A stretch of DNA of 64,000 nt from Trichosphaerium sp. ATCC 40318. Its lineage: Eukaryota > Protista > Tubulinea. Made by a program: the position numbers and the translations under genes. The notes beneath the pieces are model-generated. The model was given only the letters and a program-made list of their open reading frames with translations, searched no databases and had not been told where the DNA came from. The stretch is taken from assembly GCA_038496445.1 (NCBI GenBank), contig JALMLS010000215.1, positions 1-64,000 of the forward strand, given 5' to 3'. Positions 14,042 to 27,893 of the stretch are shown piece after piece. Numbering within the stretch: position 1 is the stretch's first letter; the number at the start of each line of letters is the position of its first letter.

Positions 14042-15818
14042 ATGAACGACACTTTCGAAAGACAATTATGTTCAGAAATAAAAGCGCTCAATAAACTACA
14101 AGGTAAAATCATGTTCTTCATAACTAAAAAAAGAGTGTAATCACGTGACAATTCAGTTTAGGAGAAAATTACAAAGAAGATATCGAGTACTATAAAAACA
14201 TACTTTTAAGGCGTAGCGAGTGCCCTAAAAGAAACATAAGGGATAAACACGGTAAAACTTTTAACTTTTTTAGCTCAGTCTTTTTTTCGTACTCTTCTAC
14301 GCTTGTGGTGCTGTATAAGGTGCTTTATCCGTATTTAATCTTTTAAACAATAGAATCTATACCATATGGTCTTCCTACAGGCATAGAAGAAGTCACAGAA
14401 GATCGAGGATCGTTAAACGACGCACAAACGTTAAAAGGCACGTGTTTTAAAAAAGAAGCTTACTTCTGAATTCAGTAACTCACAGCGGCCGTAGTTGTTT
14501 TCATAGGAGGTAAAAATGTTATCAATGTGGATTACTGATGATATCAGATAGTGGTGTTGGAAAAACTAGCTTAATACATGTGCTTTGTAACGAGGTTATG
14601 AAAGATGAAAAGAGTACAATAGGTGTAAGTATTTTTTGACATTTGAAATTTAACGGGCGAAAGGTGGACTTCAAAGCGAAGACGTACAAGTTCACGGATA
14701 AATACTATAAAGTACATTATCAGGACGTTATTATTGCGTTACTTACTTCCGTGTAGATTAATATATGGGCACGTTATTTCTTTTTTTAGGAAGTTTCTTT
14801 AACACCTATTCCGTAATGTTGATTAACTATCACAGGACACTGCAGGTATGGGTTTTAGTTATTTATATTCCCAAACTTTGTTTTTTAGGAAACTACTAAC
14901 ATACTGTTCCAGGTCAAGAACGGCAAGTCATTGTTTCAGAGATAAAGAAAATACAAACATTAAAAGTTAGCTAATATTTTTTTAATTGTAGGTACCGCTC
15001 TATTGCCACATCTTATTTGCGTGGGTGTCATGGTGCTATAGTAGTGTACGTTTCCTTCCGTATTTTGGGGTGCATATAGCCAATATTTACTTTATTTTTT
15101 AGGTATGACATAACCGACAAAGTTTCTTTTTTGTATCCTTACATGAACGTCATTGTTACTTTTGATAAATGTTTCTTTTTTTGAAGCACCTTGGCACCTT
15201 AACGTTGTAGAAACGCATCAGCATGGATAGATACAGTAAAGACGTTTATGCCTAATGGTGAGCAGGTCCTTCATGCGTAAATATATACTAAATACAGACC
15301 AGGTGTTGCAATTGCCGTTTTGGGTAACAAAACAGATGCACATAAAGACCGCAAGGGTACATCATGAGCAATTTGTGTTGACGTATAAATTGTTAATGAC
15401 TAGTTTCTGTTGACATGGGACGAGGAAAATTTACTCAACATCCAGAAGTTATGTTTTTTGATGAGGTACAGCAGAGCGTGGCTCTTTTTTTTCTATCACT
15501 ATGTTTTTTTACTGACATTTGTTTCGCTACAGGTGACCGCTTTGGAGTCAGATAGGTTCAAAGTAGTATTGTAAGCTCACGTTAATATATATTTATTTAC
15601 TAATGGAGTATGTAGTGCCCAGATTGTAAAGCTTATTATCGGGAAAGTCGACTTTGCAACTGTACCTTTTTTCTCACTTTTTTCTATGCTTTTAATGACT
15701 GTTTTAGCTGAATGATGAAATCAATGGTCCTGCTTCTATTGATATGACTAGACCAAGAGATGGTGGTAATAGATACACACAAGAATCAGAAGTTCGACCA
15801 TGCTGCGGCGGCTCCTGA
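14042..15818 (+). CDS. Rab-family GTPase with N-terminal extension, about 16 introns
   Basis: Spliced product reads VVFIGDSGVGKTS, STIGVDF, IWDTAGQERYRSIATSYLRG, LGNKTD and EVTA, ending in the CCGGS* prenylation motif. Confidence 0.9.
15133..15210 (+). other. U12-type (minor spliceosomal) GT-AG intron
   Basis: 5' site GTATCCTT and branch motif CACCTTAAC ending 7 nt before the end of the intron; removal restores the frame (SF-L-NASAW). Confidence 0.8.
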
Positions 15819-16039
15819 AGAGTTAAAAAACTCCTGCCTTATTTATCCTTTTTCTCTTGTCAAAACTGCTTAAAAGTAAAGATAAAACACATTATCACAT
15901 ACTCAAGGCGAGAGTGAATAAACTGCATAGTTCGAAGATAAAATTTTGCTGCGCAAGACTTTAGTTGACGTGGCAAATTTGGTCGCATTTTTTTCGTCAT
16001 TTTTTGTTTTCGCTATTTATTGGCGTGAAAGGCTACAAA

Positions 16040-17543
16040 ATGCTTTTCTACGTTCTATGTATTTCGTTACTAGTCTCAGTGGCTTGTACCGGCTCTCCAT
16101 GTACAGATGGCTTCCCTAAAACTTACGTTACCCACAAATTGGCAAGCGACGAGAAAATCGTAATAGACGGTACGAGCAGCTATTAATACTTCAAACCGAC
16201 TAATTTAAACGGTAAAACCAACGGTTCGGATTAAATACTATTTCTGACTCGCGCAGATAGTCCACCAGCGTTGTATAGCGGTACAGACTTGTTTAATGAC
16301 TTTTCGTAGGCAAACTCGACGACGACGGCTGGGAACATGTAGAGTGGACCAATTACTTTATAGATATTATAAACGATACACTACCAACACCAAGATTTAA
16401 AACACGTGCTAAGATGAGATGGGATGACTCTTTTCTTTACGTTGGAGCACATTTAGAAGAGAATCAAATATGGTCCTATATTGCATGGGATAATGGTGCA
16501 CAAGACAGAGCAATCTTTGCTGATAATGATTTTGAAGTATTTGTGGATAGGTGAGTGAAAGATTCTTTTTGACCTTTTCGCCTGTGAGGGCATTTTACAG
16601 TTTTTTGAGAAGATAACTTTTTTTGACACGTTTTTTTTAGTGATGGCAGTTTTCATTGGTACAAAGAATTTGAGATGAACGGTTTGAATCATACTATGAA
16701 TCTTGGTATGGATAAACCTTATATAGATGGTGGTAACTACAATATGAATGGCCCAGAAGCACATAAAGGCTTAAAGGTTAGTGAAAAAAGCGTCAAGTTC
16801 AAATTACTTTTCTCTTTTTTTCGTAATTATATATTCTTACTTTCGTTTTTGTAGTGCGCTCCTTACTTTAGTGGTATGGTTCTCAATAAGCCCGATCCTG
16901 CGAGGGATGTTAAGAATTCTTTTTGGTCTGTTGAAGTGCGACTACCACTGCACTATCTTGTTACGAACAAGACTCAACCAGCCAACTACATTCCCGCAGA
17001 AGGAGATTTATTCCGCATGAGTTTCTCACGTGTTCAGTATTACGTATGGGTGAATAGCACATCTGGATTATACCAAAAAGTACCTGGATTACCAGAAGAT
17101 AATTGGGTGTGGACACCACAACAAGCTATAAACATGCACCTTCCATGGCACTGGGTAAACCTTTTCTCGAATTTTTCTTTTACGAACTAACTCTGTTGTT
17201 CAAGGGTTTTCTTCAATTTACACATGAACCCAAGATGAAAGAAGTACCTTTTGATGTTGAATCAGCAAAGTGGCCTCTCAGAGTCATATTACTAGCGTTG
17301 TATGAAGCACAAGTAGCGTATAATAGCGCAAACGGGCGATATGCAATGTCGTTAACAGAATTGCCAAAAGAGATGCAAGATCTCTTTGCCACATGCGCTG
17401 CTGACTCTGTATTGGATATAACACCAACAAGAGGACGTGCAGTAGGATATTTAGCTCAAGTAAAGGATAAAGCTACCCTCAGAGTGCAAGGAAGCATAAA
17501 TGATGATAGATACATGTATGTCCCTCAATTCAAAGTACAATAA
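16040..17543 (+). CDS. Secreted carbohydrate-binding family 9-like (DOMON-like) protein
   Basis: Signal peptide; IVIDG|KLDD..W, TRAKMRWDDSFLYVGA, DNDFEVFVD, YKEFEMN, WSVEVRLP and EDNWVWTPQ..INMH motifs across GT-AG introns. Confidence 0.75.
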
Positions 17544-17664
17544 ACTCTCCGTAAGATCACCTTGCATTCAACCTGAGGCCCATCTCAGTACACTTGCCAT
17601 AGCTCTTAAGTAAGGGCGATATCGTGTTAAGTTTTATACAAATAGTCGTTTTGTACTCAACTGA

Positions 17665-20541
17665 ATGAAACGAGCAGAACAACTCACTAACAGCGGACCT
17701 CCGCGCAAGAAACAGCGTACAAATGTTGTGAAACGGGCGTGTCTATTATGTAGAGCAAAACATCAAAAATGTGACGGCGCGTTCCCTTGCGCTCGCTGTA
17801 TTAAAAAACGACTCCAATGCTCATACCCAGAACCCAAAAAAAGAGGACCAGTCTTGGGCACGTTTAAAATGATCATACGCGGAGAAATACGTAACAGCAT
17901 GTCACAGGTAAACGAAAGGAGCTAACACAAGAGCTCACGAAGGTAAAACAAGAATTAGAGCTACAAAAACAAGAAGTAAATCGTTGGAAGCTCATGTACG
18001 AACGCTCTACTACCTCACAGGTATGACAAAAAGTTAAATTAATTAACACAAAATAAGCGTTTTTATAATAATCCGATTTCTTTTGCTGACGTCATACTAG
18101 GCGACGTTATGGTCCCTCTCATCACACCTATGCATAGGTTCACAATTATCGGCTTATATAGACTTATATCGAAAGCATCTAGAAGGCTGGCAGGTTTGTT
18201 TGAACAACCTTTAATTTCAAGAAAAAGCCATAATCAATTTTTTTTCTGAAAATGTCTTGGTTTTAGTCACGTTATTAAACAAGTGATTTAGGGCGTAGAA
18301 ATGGCGCACTGGGATCATCAGTCTGCAAGGGAAGTATTCCAAAGTAGTACAAGTACGCACTATATTGTCGAGAAAAGGAAAACAAAAAGAAACAATTGCC
18401 TTTTTGTTTATTTTTCTATTTAGGTTGGACTACTGAACCACAAGTACTCATCTTGTTGGGTTCAATGTCAATATCGGCTAGTATTTGGGGAGCGTATCAT
18501 CATGCAGATCACATGCTTAGTATGTCGCGAAGAATATTGCAAAACGTGTATGATGTGGCAAATCCGACTGTTGCTGGTTAGTATTGCTAAATTTTTTTCG
18601 TTTGCCAATGACTTATTAATAGCTGGATTGGTGCTCGTGGGTACCTGTAAATTTGGTGCTGGTGACTTCGCTGGAGGAGCATATTATACAACAATGGCAT
18701 CACGTGCGTTTTATTAAAATTATTAAAATAACAACTTACAATTATATTGAAGAAATGATTTCAATTCTGCTTGCCAGAGGCCAATACAAGAAAGGTGGCA
18801 AAACAGAAACTACTTTATGGAGACTTCATCGTTCTTGTTTACTATATATGGCCGATATTGCTCCTACAAGGTACCTACACTCAAAAAAACACCAAAAAAC
18901 CCGAGTTTTCGACCTAGTCCTAGAATTTTATATTTCGCCTGCACTGTTGCGAGCGAAATTTAAGAACCATTGGCTTAGTAATGAAATTGAAAAATAATGT
19001 TTGACACATTTTGTTGTTTTAAGCGAAAAAGCTATTGAACAATACGAAGAAGTATCAAACGCTCTATCACATTTACTCAAATCACCACACCTCGGATGTC
19101 ATACAGATTGTGTCCAACTGTTATGGGCTTTGGGAGGAGCTGTACGTATTACAATGAGACTCTTGTTAGCTTATAAAAAACAAAGATTTGGCTTAAAACT
19201 TGTCGACCTGTTTTTATGGCTTCACGATGGGACTTGGAGAATCTCAAGGTTAATCATCTTGTACGAGTTACTTCATTGTTATTCATTGTATCTGATGTTA
19301 ATATAGATGGCTACCGATTATGCAAATGCATTAACACAACTAGCTGAGCTTGACAATTTTGCTGACAGAGCATGTGAAAAGCAATTGCCTGTAGTTTTAT
19401 CAGGAGCAAAATTGTTTATTAGTACTGTAAGGATGATAACACATTTTGCTGGTAATAACTTAAAAATTGCACTTCAAGTACGACAACTAATAACAAGGAT
19501 TTGAAAAAAATGTCATAAGCTATTTTTGCAACCCACGTGATAAAGAGAAAACGATATTTTTTCTAAAGATAGCATATTGCATGTAGAAAAGTGAACAGGA
19601 TTTTTTTGTTTGTTTTTTTTAATCACGTGTGTTAATGTGTTATAGATAGCTAAAAATACTTGGGAAGCATTTAAAGAAGATTGGTTGATGCAAAAGTATT
19701 ATCCTAATGCATTAAGTAATACATACTACTATAGCTATGTTGCTCTTTATGCTGGCGACGCAGTATTCTTTGAAGAGGTACCACCATTCATGTTTATCTT
19801 ACGATAAAAAGTCACTAACTTTATCTCAACACTCGTTCTATGACATTACTATTCAATCTCCTCCTTCCTTTACATTTGTTCAAACCTCGTGTGTTTTTTG
19901 TTGTTAACCCTATGATTACCAGGTGTTGCTGTTTTATATTGCATTTGCTAAAACATGGCCTCTGGCCAATGTTATTATAAAGTACGTTTCCAAGATGCAA
20001 TCCATATTTGGCGCAGAACAAGTTTGTAGTGTCTTACTTTGTATGTCAGGGCTCTACTAAAACAAGCAAAGACAGTATCTCTTCCTTATAATGCGCAAAA
20101 AATTGATCCTATGGTCAATGATTTAGCTGAACCTCCGTGGCCTATAACTCAAGTAAAAGATTTTACAACAAAAGTAGTTGATATGTACGTTAACAACAAA
20201 TTATTTTAAATTGGCCAGTTCACACCTCTCATTCCATCTCTTGTTATTTGTTTTGCGTTATGTTAAGTACCCTTAATGGCTTCTATTAACGCTTATTGTT
20301 TAGCTATCAAGATGTCTATGTAAATACAAATCAAGCTCCTTTTGAAATAAGACATCTTGATACAAACACAAACAAACCAATACACCTTGATTTACGGCTT
20401 GATGTACCGCTTGACCATTTATCACCAACACCATCAAACACAGATAGCAACACTCAAGACTCATCAGTTGATGCATTCAATGTATTTGAAACAGCAGATC
20501 TTGACTTATCATCACTCAATGATGAATTTTTGTTCACGTGA
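17665..20541 (+). CDS. Zn(II)2Cys6 binuclear-cluster transcription factor, multi-exon
   Basis: ACLLCRAKHQKCDGAFPCARCIKKRLQCSY, then a coiled-coil exon and an acidic C-terminal tail. Confidence 0.85.
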
Positions 20542-21251
20542 TTTTTTTTTTGTATAACTTACATGTATTATTCTGCTTATAAAAATGGTATTCTGTAGAG
20601 TGTACAATTTGGTTTTTGTTTATTTGAAACCGTTAGATAAGTATATATTTTCTAGTTTGGGATTCAAAGATCTGATCCTGTACAGAATCGTACACGCGAA
20701 AGAAGCTATTCTCGAAAGAGTACATTACTTGTTCTTACTATTATTTGATATCATCAGATATTTTTCACTACTTTTATGGTTTGCGAGGCTCCTAAGTGTA
20801 TAGGTGCCTCACAAACGATATAAACAGCTCTATTAAAATTGGAGAAGCATGACTAACTATACAGTTCGTGAAATTAGTGAGTCTTGTGACGAAAGTAATT
20901 CTTGGGAACTACAAGTTTAATCACTGAAAGGTACGCTGCGTATGTAGCGTTAATTTAGTACTATCAAATAAATTTACCGGCAAATTAAACAAGAATTTTT
21001 GTGCAAAGGACGAGTTTGAAAATATATTTGAAGTGTTGTGGAGAACACCCAGGAAAACAAGATTACCAAAAAATCTCTAAAAAGAAGATGCTTGTACTAC
21101 CTTGTAGTTGTAAAGACATGCTTGAACTATGATATGTTGTGTTAGAAAATTGTGTTATATTTTATGTGCTCACCAATACAATTTTTCACTTATTGCACTT
21201 TATGAATTTTATTCGGAACTCTTTGCAGCACAAGTGTAATAATAAAGTTGA

Positions 21252-21325
21252 AGCCTATGACGGGGCTCGAACCCGCGACCATTAGCTTAAAAGGCTAACG
21301 CTCTACCTAACTGAGCTACATAGGC
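21252..21325 (-). tRNA. tRNA-Lys(UUU)
   Basis: Cloverleaf: GCCTATG/CATAGGC acceptor stem, D arm TAGCTCAGTTAGGTAGAGC, anticodon arm TTAGC-CTTTTAA-GCTAA, GGTTCGAGCC T loop. Confidence 0.95.
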
Positions 21326-22492
21326 TTTGATGGTGTTCACAATAATCCTTTGCCCTTTTATTACTTTGGTGGAGTAAAGTTGTCATCGATGGTTACCCAA
21401 TGCCTGTATTTCAGCACATAACAACTTGAAGTTTATAGCAGTTACAAGTAATGCATGTTAACACAAGGACGGTGGCTTTGCTAAACAGTTGAGTTTTTTA
21501 AGTACAAGTAAAAATGATAAATAGTGAATTGTCAGTTTCTAATCTAGATTGCATGATAGCACATTTAATGACACCCGCAACCATACCAGTGACTGTAAAC
21601 CGGATCATAAAGTACTTTGAAGGAGTTTCCCTTTGCACGATTCCTCTTTTTCGCCATATATTTGACCGAGAGCGTTGGAGAATGACCACATTTTCCGTTC
21701 GCATATGTTGTCTGTCAAGTAGTTGCAGTTCTTGGTATAACGCCTTTAGATGCGACATATAAAACAATAAAACCAAAGTCCGACACCAATGTGCATTCAT
21801 ATGTTATATATCACTTACCAGCAAAGTAAAGTTTGTACGTACCTCAAATGTGCGCCAACTGATGTGCTGTTAAGGTATGTTATGTGATGATGTAATTGTG
21901 TGTACGGATCTTCGTATCTGTAATATTGGCAGCATGTAGATGGTACTCCTGCAAGATGTGGTAGATTTTCATTTAGTAACGCTTGTCCCACCCAATCAGC
22001 ATGTTGTGCGCCTGTCAAGTACTTTAAGTATTCATGGGTAATGCTAGACTATTCTAAAGATATTGTATTACTTCCAGCTACTCTATAGTAACTTTACTTC
22101 CCTTAAATTTAATTACGAGCACCATAGAGGTACAAAATACCTCTTTATTCACGTTTCCTGTGCTACCTCCAAGTATTCAGCAGGTGTGATTTGCGAATCA
22201 AAATGGCTTCGTTGGTTCTGGTCATGTGTGGGTTTACGTGAGATTTCCTGTAAAAAATTGCCGCATTTATCATCGCGTGGTTTGGAGAATCCTAAAATGT
22301 GGTTTGGCTATCACAGTGGACGCTAGATGAGCAACCACTTGTGGTTATCATGGACTGAAAATATGGCATGACGATGACATTAGAACGATTGTATTTCACT
22401 GGTGAGTTTAGGAATTCATTGAAACATACAACCCGGAACTAGCATTTGACCACGTGTCTGGATACGACATTAGTCTAGAAGTGTTTATTGAA

Positions 22493-24094
22493 TTACATTC
22501 GTTTGAACGAAGATTGTTTATGTAAGGAACTGTTGCTACCACTCGTTGTCGGTTCCTCAGAGGCCAAGTCTTTTGTTGGCTTCGGCACTTTCTTCTCAGT
22601 TTGAAATCCGTTATATGCAATGTACACAAGTAAAGAGACACCAATAATGACGACAATAATTCCTGCTACTATACAAAACAAAACTAATCCTTCGGGAACT
22701 GCAGCAGTATCACATTCTGATACATGTAACAACACTGATAACGATTTACGGTTGTATTTCTCTGTACCTTTTTGAGAAAAAAAGTATGTTAGTAAAGCAC
22801 GTGATTTATTGTAGTCAAAATGAATACCTGTAACGTTTATGCACCTGTCATCATTATGATGTACTGTTATGTTTTGAGAACCATAGTTAGAGCACTCAAA
22901 TGAAGCAAGGAAAACAACATCGTCTAGGAAAGTTGTTACAATACAAAACGTAATCTAAAAGCAGACCAAAAAAAAAAAGGTACGTACTGTCTTTAACGTT
23001 GTCTACAAACAAGTTGATTGATACATTTGAGAGTACGTTATAGCATCCATTTATAGTCAAATTAACATTATTCCGCATGCTAATCTCTACGTTCTCTAGT
23101 ACTACACTTGTATTCTGGGTCTTGTTAGCACTCATTTGTTTCGAAAATTATTACCACTACTATACTCGATAACACATCAACCACTGTAAAGCCATTTACA
23201 ATGGAGCAATTAGCAAGATCGGAAGTGCACACTGAATCTCGTACATGGAATGTATCCGTTTCTAGAGTCTGTTACAGCTGATATGCTCGCGTTACTTACC
23301 ACACAGAAAGCCAAATTGATTATCACATCTATTGTCATTCATTTTAGACTTTAACATGGTAACGCAATACTCTTGAACAGTTTCATTTGGATAAAATGCT
23401 GAAGGGTTCTGGTTGGTCCAATGATTTTGAATAAACGTGATCACACTTGAGTCGTTGGTTGTACTGTTAAACAATAAGTATCGTTTAAAAATCTTCGTTA
23501 TAGAAAACAAGACGTACACATTATTGTTATCAGTGTACAATGGCGTATCTACCAACCTAAGATTACTTCGTCTCCATACAAATTGTGAGAGTAGTTCTCG
23601 ACACGCTGTACATCGTTCATGGTCAACACACTCGCAACTACTTTCATAAACCCTAGTATCATTTGGCTCTGCCATTTTGAGCCTTACAGGAGTTATATTA
23701 CGCTGTGATACCGGCTTACTCTGGGAATCTACTAAAAGGGATGTGGTGGCGCTCTAGATCTATCCAATATTGAGTATATTGATCGCTTATAGCGCTGGCA
23801 GCCTCCAGTCTGTCTTCGAAAGTCCAAATTTCAGCCAACTTTTGACCTCTTGTAAAATAGTTAGGAACTTTCTATTGACTTTAATCACGTGATATCACCT
23901 TGATATACACATAGTACGCGCTTCTTCAATAGTGTAGTTCCCATCGATAGCTATGTATTTGTTTGCCTGTAAAAATCTCAATGAGAAACAAGAGACTCAT
24001 ATTATCATTTACATGCGTAAACGAAAGACTCCGAATGCCATACCGATGCTGTTTGATAAAATAAGAGTGAATTAATAATCACAAGGAGCAGCAT
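22493..24094 (-). CDS. Type I membrane protein with a C-type lectin-like domain
   Basis: Signal peptide; EEARTMCISRGQKLAEI, YWIDL and YCVTM..MNDNRCDNQFGFLC; TM segment GLVLFCIVAGIIVVIIGVSLLVYIAY; short Ser-rich tail. Confidence 0.65.
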
Positions 24095-24226
24095 GATCTT
24101 CTATGTGTTTAGCTAATGACACTTCTTTGTGTTGAGACAGAGGTAACTAAAAAAAGAACTTATCGAGGAAATGTCTTAAACGGAGTTTAAGGATACATTA
24201 ATACGAAATTACGTTACTCCATTTTC

Positions 24227-24415
24227 TTAACACTGGGATAGCATCGCTGTTGAGCCACTTTCAGAAATTCCGAAATTATTGAAAAAGGTTTTTGAAAAGA
24301 AATTGATTTGACTGTTGGTACTTTTCCTCCGCACCGCATGAACAAATTGAAAAATGGTTTTACGCCTAAAAGTATAGAATCCTAGCAAAACAGTTCCAGC
24401 ACAACTAAAACACAA
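24227..24415. mobile_element. Dispersed MITE-like repeat, copy 1 (homologous to 39124-39390)
   Basis: Shares gcatcgct..gaaattccgaaatt.ttgaaaaaggttttgaaaa..ggtacttttcctc..aagtatagaat.ctagc with the 39.1-kb copy. Confidence 0.6.
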
Positions 24416-24789
24416 TGAAGTCATCTGTACATATTCACAAGAGTTCAAAATAGAAGCGGTTTTATCAGCGTAGGATAACCAGGGCTAGACAAGTCATTTT
24501 CATTGTGTTGCATTTGATCACATGTCAAATATAATAAATTTCATAAAAACTGTGGTACTCGTCCCTTGCCCGACAAAAAAAAACTGGTGTTTGCATTCGC
24601 AACGTCGTCATAATTACGTATGTTTTGTGACATAGCGTCTGTTCCAGAAACTGACTTTCGTTTGTTGCCGAAATTGTCGGCCACCTCCCAAACAAACTTG
24701 TTTACTACTTACGTTCGAATTTAATTGTGGACAAAGTTTCCACCAGGTTTAATATTGACTGCAATCTATTACATAGCTTTGTTGTATGA

Positions 24790-25130
24790 TAAAAACAGTT
24801 GTCGCATATTATAAACCACTATGCCAAAGCGTATTAACATACTCACTGTCGGAGTGCGGTGGAACATTATACGACAACGTAAAACAGCATATTGGGAGTA
24901 CTCACAGAGGATAGAAAATATGGCTTAAATCGAACATTTGAATATCATCTCACTATCATGTGTACACTATTGGCTCCATTTCTACGTCAATACAAATGAA
25001 GACATAAAGCATTGGCTTGGTATACACGATTGTCGTTTTAACAAACAGATGCCATTTAACAGCATTGGAAGGTGCTATTGACCTCCATGCTTGCCATTCA
25101 ATTATAGAATAAGGTATCAAAGCATTGGTA
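24790..25130 (+). pseudogene. Highly decayed GVHxIxL-LRR family copy
   Basis: Remnants NSCRIL, TNEDIKALA-like and I E * G I K A L V, with stops and frameshifts. Confidence 0.45.
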
Positions 25131-25214
25131 CGGAGATCTATTTCAAGAGTTAAGGTACGTCTACCACACTTAACTTTAAAATGGCATTTATTGTGTTGCG
25201 TTTACGTTACAAGA

Positions 25215-26763
25215 ATGGAAGTAAGCGATGAAGAACTCATTAATATGCTAAGTGGCTGTATGAATGCAGGTACGTGGCATAACCGGATGTTTTAGATGAT
25301 AATCTTGTAATAAGACTACAACATTCGTCAACAGGCGACGAGAGAGCTGAAAGAGTTCCAAAACAAAGAATTGGTACAATTAAAACCGCTAATAGTTGAA
25401 AGTAACCTATAAACTGTCTGTGACGCTGTTTTGTTTCTTCAACAAGTAGCGCATATCTTCCATTTGTACTAAAGTGTTTTGTGACCACAATATGACTCAA
25501 GTCTCTTATTGTGGGATTGGATCTTTGTCTTTTGTAGAAATCACGTGTTTTGCCGCCTTTTTCAAGACGAGTAAATGATGCTTTTTCAGAACTTTCATTC
25601 AAGTGCTTTGCTTACTTCTTTTTTTGTCCAAAAGGGAATGGTTTTAACAGCGTTTCTACGCTTAACAACGAACATTAGTTTACCCCAACAAATTTGTGTT
25701 CTGTCCTCAATCGCTTTCAAGACTACTCTTATACAAGCTTCGGTACACTTCAAAATAATTACTACACGTGTTAGTCGGATTAAGGAAAGTTAAATAGATG
25801 AAATGGCACATGCTTGATCAGAAGGTCAAGGAAGATATCAAAGTAAAAGTACATGTTGTTTCTTTTTCCTTTTTACAACATGCAATGCTGACGCTCTAAT
25901 AAAAAAGACTGTTGATCTATACTTACGGAATTGCGATAAAAACTATGTGAGGTCAAAATCTATGCCATTACAAGCTGTTGCAAGGGTTGAATTAGCAAAT
26001 GGAAAATGGCCAGAGATCTTTGGTATAGTTATCCCAGAGTGTTTTAAGACATGCATGAACAAGGACACTCAGGGACAGGAACAAGCTATTGATTTAATAC
26101 AATGTGGTGTTGAGGTACACACTGCAGAATATTAGACGCTAGCTAACCATTTATGATGATGTTAAATTTTGTCTTTAGGCATCCCAAACACTGGCTATCA
26201 AGCATGCAAGCAGCATTATCACTGTCATAAAGTATCTACTATCGAATAGTGATCAGGATACAGTTAGGGTTACTGCTCTAGAAACATTACTGTCCATAGA
26301 CTGTTTCAGGCAAGTGCTTTTTGGAGCAAACCAGTTTCTGTTGTTTTTACATTGAGACGTTTACACTAGCATTGTAAAAACTCCTATACCTTTGAAAAGA
26401 TAATTACAACACGTGAATCCTTTTCTAAACCGTGGACATGTTTTTAAAGTTACAATCTCCACTTTCTTTATGTGGACATTTCTGACATTTTTTTTTGACA
26501 AATACTTCATCCATTGTTGGTTAGATAGTACCTAATATCACTGGGTTTTTTACAGATCATATTTGAAAGACCAACCAAAGCAAAGGCGTTACATATCAAA
26601 TAGTGTTGTTATCTTTCTACAAGAACTAAAAAGACAGGAAGAATTCAAATGTGCTGAAAAAAATGGTTATGATTCGGATAGTGATTCTTTTGGAATTGCA
26701 AATGTTCAAAGTTACATTGACCTTGCACAGCAAGTATACATTTGTCTACAAAGTATGGATTGA
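25215..26763 (+). CDS. Short importin-beta-like protein, paralogue B
   Basis: MEVSDEELINMLSGCMNA|DYNIRQQATRELKEF; LPQQICVLSSIAFK; KWHMLDQKVKEDIK; VARVELANGKWPEIF; ends soon after GYDSDSDSF. Confidence 0.6.
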
Positions 26764-27893
26764 TGTAAATTAGTGATGGCAATGGCTTTTCACGCTATTG
26801 GGTTCATATAAATAATAAAAACTAAGTGCACATGTATTACAATCTCCATGTTCAAAAATTAGAGAATGCTGCTGAATTTCTATTGTTTCAACCTGAAGGA
26901 TAGCTTGCAAAGTTGAACTTCACAAACCTTCCGAAATATCAGGCTCAACATTTTTTCAGATCAATGTATCAACTATACTCTGAAATTACTGAACGAGTCT
27001 TGGAATTGTTGGTCCATGCTTGCAAAAGTAGATTTTTGTTTTTCTTCTTACTTACTCTTCCTATCTATTTGTTTATCTTGCTCTTTATCCTTTCTTTCTG
27101 TTGGGGTAGTCTTTTGTGTAATACTTTGTATAGCCTTTTGTGCAAGTCTTGTATGTCATTTTGTGTGGCTGAAGTAAATTGTTAGATAAAAACTAGTATA
27201 ACTAATTTAAGAACCTTTTATGCTTTGCTCTGGCAGTATTGGACAGGTTAATCTTCCATCAATCCAAGTGGCTTACAGGGATCAAACACCACTCAAAAGA
27301 GCAAAATTAGATAAAGTTAAAGTACAGTAAACTACACGCTGTTGTTTTTAGGTTTTTCAAAAGGTGATAAACTTGCTAATTTTGGTATCACCAATTCTTG
27401 AATGAGCGAATTAGGAAAGCAAGTGAACCTCTATACCCCACGTGTACCCTCCTTCTAATTCATAATTGGTATTATAACTACACTGCCATTCGGTCAGTAA
27501 GATGGTACTCTTGAGCTCTTCTTCTCGAGTAATGTTGCTTGCAACTTCAATTGAGCCAAACCAAATCTTGTATTCTCCTTCTACCATTGATGTCCTCTTG
27601 GCCAAGTGCCCATTTGTATGCACATCACAAGCTTCTATTCTGCTTTGATATGCGCAATTGTTCATCTGGATAGCCTTAGTCTCCCCATCTGCTATATTAT
27701 TTTCAGTTACTTTTTGTAGTTGCACTGAAGTTTATGTTGTCGGCAGCCGATTTCCGTTCCCTTTGTCCCCGTTTTTGTAAGTCAATCCAATCTGCTGTTA
27801 TCATATCACTTCTTGCAATTTACATTGTCGTTTAACTTAACCTGCTTAAGATAGATGTCACAATACTCTAAACAAAGTTTTGTAACAACGACA

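Noticed and set aside
26900-27800. Coding-like minus-strand segments (also 3800-4300, 6390-6720, 20585-22300, 39500-39930, 50070-50500)
   Set aside because: No recognisable motif or consistent spliced frame could be built; these may be real genes or remnants but are unsupported.
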